Shown here piece after piece: positions 1 to 10,072 of a stretch of DNA of 56,885 nt; position 1 is the first letter of the stretch, and every line of letters begins with the position of its first letter. Both the position numbers and the translations under genes were made by a program. The notes under the pieces are model-generated. The model was not told where the DNA came from. It searched no databases and saw only the letters and a program-made list of their open reading frames with translations. The stretch is from a virus (taxonomy: Duplodnaviria > Caudoviricetes), in the IMG/VR virus record IMGVR_UViG_3300030109_001059, positions 1 to 56,885 of that record; one strand, written 5' to 3'.

Positions 1-372
1 AACGCTGCTCAGAAATTTATTTTGCAGTACGATCATTTTCGGCGGTGGTCTGCGTTGCGTGGTGTAGAGCTTATACCTCATTACACGCATTCTCGTAATA
101 AAGGTGATCCTAAGTATGGTGTGCAGATGTTGGCTCCGTTGTATCGTTTAGGTCGTATTCGGCTTGCAGGAAAACAAGGGACTAATGCTAGACCTAATTC
201 GTTAAGTTTAGTTAATGAAGTAACAAAATGGAATCCAGAAGGCACAGGGTCTAGAACTGATGACTGTGTAATGGCACAATGGTTTGTAGAACATAATCTG
301 GAGAAACTATACGTACCTGCAATTAAGCCGTTAAAACAATGGCGACCTACGTGGGTAACAGCAGAAAGCTAA
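1..372 (+). CDS. terL: Terminase large subunit, C-terminal nuclease end (5'-truncated; module A)
   Basis: Frame open from base 1; TDDCVMAQWF resembles the RNase H-like DDxxxA motif; directly upstream of the portal. Confidence 0.75.
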   Translation, partial: NAAQKFILQYDHFRRWSALRGVELIPHYTHSRNKGDPKYGVQMLAPLYRLGRIRLAGKQGTNARPNSLSLVNEVTKWNPEGTGSRTDDCVMAQWFVEHNLEKLYVPAIKPLKQWRPTWVTAES

Positions 373-376
373 AAAA

Positions 377-2146
377 TTGAAAACAGCAGAAGAAATTGTA
401 GACCTGTACTACACCCGTTCATCTAATAATGCTGGTGTAAAAGAAAAAATGCGGCATATACGTGACCATTACAATGGCGATGTTATTGTTCCGCTTCCTG
501 AAATAGATACGACAGAATCTTCTGCTGTAGCTAATTTGTTGGCGCAGGGTTTAGATCAAACTGCTATGCGTATAGCGTCAGTTACTCCTGATATTATTTG
601 CCCTCCTGAAGATGAAACATCTAAACAAGCTCAGAAATATTCTGCGATTCGTCGTAAAGCGTTGTTTGGTTGGTGGCAGAACTCAAGAATTGACATGCAA
701 CTGGCTAAAAGAGCACGTCATTTAATTGGGTATTCTAACACTATTGTTCAGATACGTTTTAATCAAGAAAAAGGATGTCCGACGTGGCATGTTCGTGACC
801 CGTTGACAGCGTATCCGTCTAATTTACGTGGCGCTGATAATATGACTCCTTCTGATTGCGTGTTTGGGTATGAACGTTCGTATGGTTGGGTTAGAAAATC
901 TTATCCTGAAGCTGCTTTGCGGTTTGCTGGCGTTTCTAACGCTCCGTTAGATAATGATAAACCGATTGAACTTATTGAGTATGTGGACCATGAAGAGTAT
1001 GTGCTTGTAGCGGTCCGGCATCCAGCTAATAGCGTTGGCATGTATTCACGTAATAATGATACTGGACCTGTTGTTGCTGAGTTAGAACGAACACCTAACC
1101 CTACAGGCGTATGCCCTGTCATTATGGCAGAACGTATTTCTTTAGATCAACCTAACGGCCAGTTTGATGGCATTCTTGGAATGTATCAACAGCAAGCAAA
1201 ACTTATGGCGTTGGAAGTGATAGCTGTCCAGAAAGGTATTTTTCCTGATACGTGGCTTGTTGGCCGTGCTGGTGAACAACCAAATATTGTTAACCCTGCT
1301 AATGGTTTAACTGGAGAAGTTGGTGTTATTCGTGGCGGTGATTTAAGAGATATGCAATTAAATGTAGGGTTTATGACGAACCCTGCGATTGATCGTTTAG
1401 AAAGGGCGCAACGTTTAACTGCTGGTGTCCCTGCCGAATTTGGTGGAGAATCTACTAGCAATATTCGTACTGGTCGTCGTGGCGACGCTGTGCTTTCTGC
1501 GGTTGTTGATTTTGCTGTGCAAGAATCTCAAAAAATACTTGCTCGTTCTTTAGAAGCAGAAAATAAAATAGCTATTGCTATGGCTAAATCGTATGCTGGC
1601 AATAAATCTAAATCGTTTTATGTTTCTATGAATAAAGTGAAAGGCAAAGTAGATTATGTCCCCAACAAACATTTTACAACCGACGACAACGTTGTTTCGT
1701 ACAGTCAAGCTGGCGCTGATATTAACAACCTTGTTATCGCTGGTGGTCAACGTTTGGCTATGGGTACAATGTCGAAAGAATCGTTTATGAAAATAGATCC
1801 TCTTGTTGAGGATGTTGAAGCTGAACTTGATTCTGTTACTGCGGAACAATTAGAAGGAAGTTTGCTTGCTAGTTTGCAGCAACAAGCAGCAGGAGGGGCA
1901 ATACCGCCTTCTGATCTTGCTCGAATTATTGATCTTGTTAAATCAGATAAAGCTGAACTTGCTGAAGCTGTTGAAAAAGTACAGCGTGAAGCGCAAGAAA
2001 GGCAAGCCACAATGGTTTCGCCTACATCCCCTGAAGCACAAGCTGGTATAGCCCAAGCCGGAGCAGGAGCAGAGGCAATGGCTAGTCCACCTCCTCCTGC
2101 TCAAGGTGGGGCTGGCGGTTTGCGTGAGTTGTTAGGAGCGTTGTAA
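377..2146 (+). CDS. Portal (head-to-tail connector) protein, module A
   Basis: 589 aa, follows TerL; HIRDHYNGD N-terminal motif, Q/A/P-rich C-terminal tail typical of podovirus portals. Confidence 0.75.
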   Translation: MKTAEEIVDLYYTRSSNNAGVKEKMRHIRDHYNGDVIVPLPEIDTTESSAVANLLAQGLDQTAMRIASVTPDIICPPEDETSKQAQKYSAIRRKALFGWWQNSRIDMQLAKRARHLIGYSNTIVQIRFNQEKGCPTWHVRDPLTAYPSNLRGADNMTPSDCVFGYERSYGWVRKSYPEAALRFAGVSNAPLDNDKPIELIEYVDHEEYVLVAVRHPANSVGMYSRNNDTGPVVAELERTPNPTGVCPVIMAERISLDQPNGQFDGILGMYQQQAKLMALEVIAVQKGIFPDTWLVGRAGEQPNIVNPANGLTGEVGVIRGGDLRDMQLNVGFMTNPAIDRLERAQRLTAGVPAEFGGESTSNIRTGRRGDAVLSAVVDFAVQESQKILARSLEAENKIAIAMAKSYAGNKSKSFYVSMNKVKGKVDYVPNKHFTTDDNVVSYSQAGADINNLVIAGGQRLAMGTMSKESFMKIDPLVEDVEAELDSVTAEQLEGSLLASLQQQAAGGAIPPSDLARIIDLVKSDKAELAEAVEKVQREAQERQATMVSPTSPEAQAGIAQAGAGAEAMASPPPPAQGGAGGLRELLGAL

Positions 2147-2514
2147 TGCCTAGAAAAGGTAAAGGACAAAAAATACAAACTGTTGCTGACCAACAGTATG
2201 GTAAAGTTAAAGAGCAACGTGAAGCGCAAGCTGTTGTTCCTTTGCCACGGATGGAAGAACCTCCTAGAGTTGCTATGAAAGCTGGTGAAGTTCCTTTTAA
2301 TAGGCCGACAGAACGACGCAATGAATCTGTGTTAACTCCTCAATCGACAAGACCTGCGAGTAGACCAATATCGACAACACGTAAATTTCAAATGTTGACT
2401 TCATTGCCTGTTTTAGAAAAAATGGCTTCTCAACGAGATGCTTCACCAGAGTTGAGGCAAATAGTTCGTGAGATGCGTGTAGCGATTGGACCTATAGAAG
2501 AACTAGGTTCGTAA
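2146..2514 (+). CDS. Hypothetical basic protein
   Basis: 122 aa, TAATG overlap with portal stop. Confidence 0.6.
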   Translation: MPRKGKGQKIQTVADQQYGKVKEQREAQAVVPLPRMEEPPRVAMKAGEVPFNRPTERRNESVLTPQSTRPASRPISTTRKFQMLTSLPVLEKMASQRDASPELRQIVREMRVAIGPIEELGS

Positions 2515-2515
2515 C

Positions 2516-5500
2516 GTGGGCTTGTACGATTATCTTAAAGACAAAGCAGGCGACGCACAAAATCTTGTTGACAAGATTATTCCTGATCCGATACAAGAAG
2601 CAGCAAAAAGTGTTCCTATTTATGGGGAATTGTTTCAACCTCAACGTGCTGTTACTGAAACGCTTAGACCTTTTGTAGCTACTACTAATCTTTTTCGTGG
2701 CGCTGGAGGCACAGTTGTTGTAATAGGTAAAAACCTTTTATTTGATAGTGGAAGACAAATTTTTGGTAATGGCGACAGGGTAGCTCTTTGGGAAGATCCG
2801 TTAGCTGCAATAATTCAATACGGTAGAGAAGACATAGCACGTGATATTTTAGGTTTACCTCTTGACCCTGAAAATGAAGGCATGGGATCTGGCTATGGAT
2901 TGTTTGCCTCTAAAGGTTTAGGTGGCGGTACTTTTGGTTTAGTTCCAGAAGAAATACGTGATGTTACAAGACCTGCTGTTCAAGAAGGCGTAGAAGGTTT
3001 GCATTGGGCTTTTAATAATTTAGTAGATAATCCATTGTCAATGACATTTACGATGATAGCTAGAGTGCAGGACGCAGCAGGAAATAACCCTTTAAATTTG
3101 CTTGATTACAATACGTACAGTGTTTTATTTGACGCTAACGAATGGAAACAAGCATACGATGTTGCATGGGTTCAAGAACGTTCAGCAGGTCAAGCGTTAG
3201 CTACTGGTGTATATGCAATAGATCCATTTGATGAAGAAGCTTATAACGCTATTAAAACAAACGATTTATTTACTGTTATTTCAGGTACAGCAGATTTAAT
3301 TAAAGAATGGAAAGATCCTTTAGGAAGAATTGTTAGAGGAATTAAGCTCATATCACGTGGTGAAACGGCAATAGTTAAGTTAAACGACGCTGGAGATCTT
3401 GTAAGAATATATGATTATGGTGTTCCGTTTATGCCAGTTCGTCAAGCTATGCCTAATAAAATATGGGTTGTTGAAGGAACTGGCAATGTTCGTAAAATTG
3501 TTTACGATAAAGATATAACAACGTCAGCGATTCAAAAACCAGATAGTTTAACGCCTCCTCAAGGGATGGTTTCTAAAGTTAAAGATCGGTTTAATAAGCC
3601 TAATAATTTAACTGAACAAGATTTAGCGTTGCGTAAAACTGTTACAACTGAACAAGCTAAAGGTATGGCTGAAAGCAAATGGTTTAATGACACGTGGAAT
3701 ACGGTTATGGACGCTGTTCCTGATAATAAATTTTCTGCACAGTATAAGTCTAGTAAAATTGTTTCTACTGACGCTGACCAAACATTAATTAATGAACGTG
3801 GTGTTCGTTGGAGACAAGCTGCTGGTAGGAAAAATAATACTAAATTACCTGAGCGTGTGCAGACAGCGTTAGCTACTGCTCCTAGTAAACTTGCTGCTCA
3901 AAGAATTTTGCGTGAGTATTTAGGCGATACAACTGTTAAGGGTGAAATAGCAGAAGTTATTAGGCAAGCTGGCGCTGTTTTAATAGATAGTGATTATGGT
4001 AAGAGAATTAAATTATTAGATGACGTTGATCGTGCTATAACTAGGGCAAGAAAACGTATTGACGGTACTAACGGTAAAATATCTACGTTAAGAAATAGAA
4101 TTGAAAAGTTACAAGAAAAACGTGAATTAATTTCTACAGAAGTTCAGCCTATTGAAATACAACAAGCACGTAGAATTTCTGATTCGTTTGAAGGTGGTAT
4201 TGAATCTGTAGATGATACTCGTCGGCGTATTCTTAAAACTAGGCGTGCTGCTAATACCAGAGAAATAAATGCTCTTAAACAAGAAATAGAAGATTTAAAA
4301 GTTCAACGAGTTAAAGATGAAAATTTTGTTCGGGAAGAATCTGTTAGAAACGATGCGTTAGAAGCGGAATTAAAAATTGAAGGTCAAGTTTTTAATGATG
4401 TTCATTGGGAATACCATTTTGATTTTTATAATCAGATTAAAGTATCGCAACAAAAGAAAGTTACTTTAGATGCTAACGGCGATGTGTCGCTTCCTAAATC
4501 GCAAGTTGATGAATGGGATGATTTAGATAGAATTACTGCTCAAATTGTTGTAGATAAAATTGTTGAAGATGCTTTGTTGGCTGACAATATTGTTAAATCT
4601 GTTGGCAATAGAAAAATTTATCAACCGATTGGTGTAGTTCATAGGAATCATTTAAATAAAGTAAAAGAAACTACTGGCAATAAATTTACGTCTAATCATG
4701 ACACTGTTGTTACTACTTTTGATAAGGCGTATTCAAATCCGTCTGTGTTTTTGCCTTTGGGAATAAAGGCTTTAAAAATATTTACTAGCCGTGTGCCTCA
4801 AGGCTTAATCCATTTTACTGATTTAGGTGGGCAATCTACGATTATGTTTGAGCGTGCTATTGAAGACGCTTCAGAATTTGTTATTGGTGGGAAAAGATTG
4901 CTTTCTGAAAAAGAAGCTGTAGAAATTTTAGGCAAATGGAATGAATATGTTTTTAAAGGTGAAGATTACTCAACGTTTGTTGAATATTACACAGCAACAA
5001 TGAACAAATTGATTTACAGGGCTGAAGGCATGATGCGTAAACAAGATATTAAAGTTTATGACGATACAGGCGCATTAGTTGATATACCTAAAGACTATCT
5101 TGTTAAGCAATTAAATGGCGCTCAAAAAGATTTTCTTAATAGGTTAGATAATAAAGAATTTAAACCTATTGATATGAGTGAAACTAAGTACACTGTTGAT
5201 GAAACTGGGATGCGTGGCAAACGTATATACGATAAAGATGGTCAACTTGTAACAGAACGTAAAGCGTATACTGAGGAGCATACGTATACTAACGTTCCTG
5301 TTAATGAAGGCATACATACGTATACGTATAATTTAAGTTTAGCTCAGTTAGCTGAATGTTCTATTATTCCTAGATTTGATTTGTTGCAACGTGAAATTAA
5401 TAGATCAATGAATAGAACTGATTATTTTGGTAGCGGTAAACGTGGAACGCAAAAAGAAGGAAAGTTAGTAGATCTTAAACGAAGCAAATACGCTAAGGCA

Positions 5501-8500
5501 GTTCCTGTGGCTGCTAAAGGTTTACAGGAAGTTTGGACTGCTGGTAAATTGTTAACGCCTCGTTGGACTGTGCGTGTGTTAACTGATGAAAAGTTGCGTG
5601 CTGCTGCTGTCATGGGAGTACTACCTATGTTAGGTACGCTTAACAAAGGGTTTAATCGTTGGGTTCAAAATATGCAAGCACGTGGTTTGAATTTGACTGA
5701 TGAAGGTTTTTCTGTTGCGTTGCGAAATGAATTAAATAAAGATTTTGCAAAAAGTAAAGACGTGCCAAAAGTTTCTAATGATGCGACGTTAATAGATATA
5801 GTTAAATTTGTTGAAGAACGAGGTTTAAATTTAGAAGCTGTTATGGATAGTGCTTCTGCTCGTTATATAGAAGACGCTTTAAGAGCTAAAGAAGAAGCTA
5901 CTAAAATAAGCCCTTCACGTAGAAAAGGTCTTGGCATAACTGCACGTGCGCTTGTAGGGGGTATGGTTAATCCTTTGCTTGGTGCTGGTTGGGGTTTTAG
6001 ATATTGGAAAAACCGTACTAAGAATTTACAAAAGTATGCTGTTAAAAGTTCAGCAGCGCAATTAGCGAATGCGTTTCAAATTGACGCTGCACGTATAATA
6101 GGAGAAGCAGCAGATGATATAACTGTTATAGAACTTGCTGAACGTTTAAGTTCTAGTGGCGATCAGTTGTTAAAAGATTTAGCGTGGCTTGAAGATGAAT
6201 ATAATTTTGGTTTGTCTTGGGCTGATAAAGATAAGGTTGTTAGTTTATTTGACCAAGCTGATATGTGGTGGGAAAAAGCTGGTTACCCTAGACAAACTAT
6301 TGGTAACGCAACTTTTGGTAATGCGTGGGGTTCTGATTTAAGGTTCCAACGCATGTCTCAAAGGCAGTTATCTAGCGCTAATAGTCTTGACACATCTATG
6401 CGTGGACCTGTTGCTGCTGCTAAACGCCAAATAAATGAAAACATAGGTGAAGGATGGGAAATTGTTGATGTTCTTAAAGAAGGTGTTACTGCTTCTCAGA
6501 TGAGAACAGCGTGGACACGTACTTATATGCAGATGTCACGTACAGGTACTAACGAAATATCATTTTACAACATTATGTATAATGACAGTTTGTCTCACGT
6601 GCAAAAAGTTGAAGCTATCGCTGCTTTAATTGAAAACACGCCTCGTTTGCAACGTAAGTATCAAATAAAAGGTTATGAAGGAAAAGGCGCTGATAGAAAA
6701 ATATTTAAAGAAATAGCTGAAGACGCTATTGATGAAGTTAATGATTTTCTTCCTCCTGAATATTTCCCTGATTTGCGTGCCAAGGTGCGTGCAGGTGAGG
6801 AAATTAGTTGGGATGATGTTAAATCGACATTAACTGATCCAGAGTTTATAGCTAGACATGGATTTGATGGTAGTAAAGCTAACGAAATTATTGCTCAAAT
6901 TCGTATAAAAGATAACTCTTCACGTGGAGGGTTTGGTAAAGCTAGAGATTCTATTAGTCAACCATCAGCAAAACAAGAAGGTTTTATAAAATGGACACGT
7001 GATTTGATTGATAAAACATTTCAAAATCTTGGCACAGGCGCAGCAGATGATATTTCAAGAGGACCATTTTTTGAATCTAGGTATAGGACGCATTTAATAG
7101 ATAGCGCAGCGCCTTACGCTAAAGCTGACGGCACGTATGATTTAACGCCTGCTGATATTATTCGTATGGAAGACGAAGCACGTAAAGCAGCTTTTAAAGA
7201 TACTAGAGAAGTTATGTATGAGCTAGCTGAACACAGCGAATTTGCTGAAATGGTTGGTTTTATGTCGCCGTTCTTTAATGCGTGGCAAGAAGTTATTGGC
7301 AGGTGGGCTGGGCTAGCTATAGAAAACCCTGCGTTTGCTTACAAAGGTGTCCGGTTGTTTACTAAAGATGATGTTGAACTGCCGATCCTAGGGTTGACAC
7401 AAGAAGAAGATCAATACGGAAATTTAAATGTTGTGTTTAGACCTAAAGATAGCGCTCTTGCATCGTTGTTAGTTAATCCTAAATTTACTAATAGTATTAG
7501 TGACGCTGCTAATCAGGTGTTGCCTAGTTCTCCTATTGGTAGTGTCGGTGAGCTTGTTGACGAGGTTGGAATTAAGTTAGATAAAGATGGGTTGTTTACG
7601 ATGTTGACTAAAACAACTCCTAGTGCTGGCCCGTTTATTACGTTGCCTTTACGAACGTTTATGTTTGATTTTAAAAAACCTGAAATAGAAAAAGTTGCTG
7701 GATGGATGTTCCCATTTGGCCACCCAGATGGAAACTTTGTTGAACGTTTTGTTCAAGAATTTACTCCGTCATGGGCCGATCATTTATACTACACAGCGTT
7801 AGATCCAGATAATCCTTTCCGTTTTGGCAATAAACAAAACTACGGATTGACCATGATTGATATGGTGACTTACCTTGACGTTAAAGCTAGAGAAGCAGGA
7901 ACTCCTTACGACTACACTGACCCTGAAGTACAAAGTAGTGTTATAGCTAAAGCTGAAGAAATGACACAAAGTGTCGGGTTTTTAAAGTTTCTTGCAACTA
8001 CTGTAATACCTGTAGCTTCTGCTGAAGGTTCTCCGTATGAACCGTATATTATAAAATTAAATCAATTAGAAGAACATGGTAGAGTCATAGGAAAAGAACC
8101 TGAATGGGCTGTTAACCAATTCCTCAGTATTTACGGTGAAGAGTTTTTCTTTCTAAGCGGTAACGCAACTAGAAACGCTAAAGGTGTTGCTCCGACAATA
8201 GAGTCGTTTAAATTATCTCAAGAACATAAAGATTTTATAGAAAAATATCCTGTAATGACTTCTGTTGTAACTAATTCTTTGCGTGTTAGCGCTATTGAAG
8301 ATGGAGCGTTTTCACCGGCTGTTCAACAAATTTTTATGAATGAAGGATGGCGTGAAATTTATACGCCTGAAGAATTTATTAAACAGACAGAAGTGTCACG
8401 TGGGTATACTGAATTAAACGCTTGGAAAGATAGTCCGATAGATGGTGTAGAAGGAAGCCCGTCTTATAATCAATTGTTGTATGCTAATGATGGGTTAAGT

Positions 8501-8905
8501 AATTCGCCTTCTGCTGCTGTTCATTCTGGTTTGAAGCTATATTATGATCTTAAAAAAGCAGAACTTAGTGAAAAATATCCGTTGTTTGGTGAAGCGATTG
8601 AAGAATTTAGTTCTTCTAATTATATTGCTGAGGTGATGGAAGGCGCTAGGGCTTTGGTTGAAGAACCGTCGTTAGCGTATAAGCCTTGGATTGGTAGCCT
8701 TGTAGAGTATTTAGATATTCGGAACGATTTTGAAAATGATTTGAGAAGGTTGCCTAGTAGTTCTTTGGAAGCTGATAACAATAGGTTATTAATGTATGAG
8801 TGGGATCAAGTTAGATCTGAATTTGCTACTAGGCCAGATTTTGCTTTGTTTTATTCAAGGTTTTTAGAGAATGATCTTATTCCCAAGAACAGTTGGGCAG
8901 ACTAG
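2516..8905 (+). CDS. Very large putative internal virion/DNA-ejection protein (2129 aa)
   Basis: Size, coiled-coil stretch, SPFFNAWQEVIGRW segment resembling those of large ejection proteins; structural operon context. Confidence 0.55.
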   Translation: MGLYDYLKDKAGDAQNLVDKIIPDPIQEAAKSVPIYGELFQPQRAVTETLRPFVATTNLFRGAGGTVVVIGKNLLFDSGRQIFGNGDRVALWEDPLAAIIQYGREDIARDILGLPLDPENEGMGSGYGLFASKGLGGGTFGLVPEEIRDVTRPAVQEGVEGLHWAFNNLVDNPLSMTFTMIARVQDAAGNNPLNLLDYNTYSVLFDANEWKQAYDVAWVQERSAGQALATGVYAIDPFDEEAYNAIKTNDLFTVISGTADLIKEWKDPLGRIVRGIKLISRGETAIVKLNDAGDLVRIYDYGVPFMPVRQAMPNKIWVVEGTGNVRKIVYDKDITTSAIQKPDSLTPPQGMVSKVKDRFNKPNNLTEQDLALRKTVTTEQAKGMAESKWFNDTWNTVMDAVPDNKFSAQYKSSKIVSTDADQTLINERGVRWRQAAGRKNNTKLPERVQTALATAPSKLAAQRILREYLGDTTVKGEIAEVIRQAGAVLIDSDYGKRIKLLDDVDRAITRARKRIDGTNGKISTLRNRIEKLQEKRELISTEVQPIEIQQARRISDSFEGGIESVDDTRRRILKTRRAANTREINALKQEIEDLKVQRVKDENFVREESVRNDALEAELKIEGQVFNDVHWEYHFDFYNQIKVSQQKKVTLDANGDVSLPKSQVDEWDDLDRITAQIVVDKIVEDALLADNIVKSVGNRKIYQPIGVVHRNHLNKVKETTGNKFTSNHDTVVTTFDKAYSNPSVFLPLGIKALKIFTSRVPQGLIHFTDLGGQSTIMFERAIEDASEFVIGGKRLLSEKEAVEILGKWNEYVFKGEDYSTFVEYYTATMNKLIYRAEGMMRKQDIKVYDDTGALVDIPKDYLVKQLNGAQKDFLNRLDNKEFKPIDMSETKYTVDETGMRGKRIYDKDGQLVTERKAYTEEHTYTNVPVNEGIHTYTYNLSLAQLAECSIIPRFDLLQREINRSMNRTDYFGSGKRGTQKEGKLVDLKRSKYAKAVPVAAKGLQEVWTAGKLLTPRWTVRVLTDEKLRAAAVMGVLPMLGTLNKGFNRWVQNMQARGLNLTDEGFSVALRNELNKDFAKSKDVPKVSNDATLIDIVKFVEERGLNLEAVMDSASARYIEDALRAKEEATKISPSRRKGLGITARALVGGMVNPLLGAGWGFRYWKNRTKNLQKYAVKSSAAQLANAFQIDAARIIGEAADDITVIELAERLSSSGDQLLKDLAWLEDEYNFGLSWADKDKVVSLFDQADMWWEKAGYPRQTIGNATFGNAWGSDLRFQRMSQRQLSSANSLDTSMRGPVAAAKRQINENIGEGWEIVDVLKEGVTASQMRTAWTRTYMQMSRTGTNEISFYNIMYNDSLSHVQKVEAIAALIENTPRLQRKYQIKGYEGKGADRKIFKEIAEDAIDEVNDFLPPEYFPDLRAKVRAGEEISWDDVKSTLTDPEFIARHGFDGSKANEIIAQIRIKDNSSRGGFGKARDSISQPSAKQEGFIKWTRDLIDKTFQNLGTGAADDISRGPFFESRYRTHLIDSAAPYAKADGTYDLTPADIIRMEDEARKAAFKDTREVMYELAEHSEFAEMVGFMSPFFNAWQEVIGRWAGLAIENPAFAYKGVRLFTKDDVELPILGLTQEEDQYGNLNVVFRPKDSALASLLVNPKFTNSISDAANQVLPSSPIGSVGELVDEVGIKLDKDGLFTMLTKTTPSAGPFITLPLRTFMFDFKKPEIEKVAGWMFPFGHPDGNFVERFVQEFTPSWADHLYYTALDPDNPFRFGNKQNYGLTMIDMVTYLDVKAREAGTPYDYTDPEVQSSVIAKAEEMTQSVGFLKFLATTVIPVASAEGSPYEPYIIKLNQLEEHGRVIGKEPEWAVNQFLSIYGEEFFFLSGNATRNAKGVAPTIESFKLSQEHKDFIEKYPVMTSVVTNSLRVSAIEDGAFSPAVQQIFMNEGWREIYTPEEFIKQTEVSRGYTELNAWKDSPIDGVEGSPSYNQLLYANDGLSNSPSAAVHSGLKLYYDLKKAELSEKYPLFGEAIEEFSSSNYIAEVMEGARALVEEPSLAYKPWIGSLVEYLDIRNDFENDLRRLPSSSLEADNNRLLMYEWDQVRSEFATRPDFALFYSRFLENDLIPKNSWAD

Positions 8906-8914
8906 GATAGTGTT

Positions 8915-10057
8915 ATGGAGTTAAGCAATAAAGCTAAAGATAATTTAAAGAGAATATTCGGCGACAACATAGCTGAGCAAATTATTGCACAGTATGAATC
9001 TGTTGAAGATTCTATAATTTTTAAACAAATTGAAAAAAGTTGGGAAACTGATTTTGCAAGTATCGAAGAATATGATGCAAACTCGTTGCTTACACAACCG
9101 GAAATACTTGGACTTTTTAATCAAACAATTCTTGAAAATAATAAATTAATAGGACTTAGTTCAGTAAATCCTGAAGGTGTTACTAAAGGTGAATTAGATA
9201 GTTTTCTTATAGAGGTAAGAGACAGCGATGAGTTTAAAAGTGTTTTGTCGTTAACTACTCCTACTTTGGGAACAATTAATCCTGAAATGGTTAGAGAAGG
9301 ATTTATCCCTGAAGGCACAGAAGGGGTAGTAGCACCAGCTACGTCTTTGGGAGTTAGACCTACACCAGAAACTACTTATAGTACTGATGAGGAAGAAGCG
9401 TTAGCTGAGCTTTTTTCTGAAACTGATGAATGGTTTATTAAAGAAAATATAGGTGAAGTACTTAATTATTTGCCAGATGACCAGAAAGCATTAATAGCTA
9501 TTGAATTAGCGTTTGTGAATATTGGCAATATGGGCGATATTTTTAGGTCTGATGGTTCGTTTGACAATACTGCGTTTAATAACCAGATGCTAGAAGCGTA
9601 TAGAATGATGGAAATTGCTAAACCTACGTTGCCTGTTACTGATGTAGGTGGTGTTCCAGTACCTGCCCAGTTTGGTACTGGTGATCCGACAACGTTTAAT
9701 ATTTTAACTGGTCAAAGCGGAAGAACAGTAGAAGAAATACAAGCCTTATTTGAATTAGGTATAACTCAAGAACGAGAAGAAGAAGGTTATAAAGATTACG
9801 ACCCTGTGTATTTAATGGATGCTGTTAATAACAAAGCTGGCCAGATGTTAGGTATTGAATTAACAGAAGCGCAGAAACGAGCGTTTGTTGTTTTTATGAA
9901 AGAAACAGTTGACCATTATTATACTGATAATATGCAAATGCCTATGGTAGATTCTCAAGCTAAAAAGTTTGTGCAAGAAGAGTTCCCTAAATTGTCTCTA
10001 GCTGAAGCTGAGGGTTCGACTATTAGAGCTATTGAAGCTGCTGTTAGGAATATGTAA
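8915..10057 (+). CDS. Acidic hypothetical protein, probable internal virion protein
   Basis: 380 aa in the structural operon. Confidence 0.5.
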   Translation: MELSNKAKDNLKRIFGDNIAEQIIAQYESVEDSIIFKQIEKSWETDFASIEEYDANSLLTQPEILGLFNQTILENNKLIGLSSVNPEGVTKGELDSFLIEVRDSDEFKSVLSLTTPTLGTINPEMVREGFIPEGTEGVVAPATSLGVRPTPETTYSTDEEEALAELFSETDEWFIKENIGEVLNYLPDDQKALIAIELAFVNIGNMGDIFRSDGSFDNTAFNNQMLEAYRMMEIAKPTLPVTDVGGVPVPAQFGTGDPTTFNILTGQSGRTVEEIQALFELGITQEREEEGYKDYDPVYLMDAVNNKAGQMLGIELTEAQKRAFVVFMKETVDHYYTDNMQMPMVDSQAKKFVQEEFPKLSLAEAEGSTIRAIEAAVRNM

Positions 10058-10072
10058 TGATAGATTTGGGTT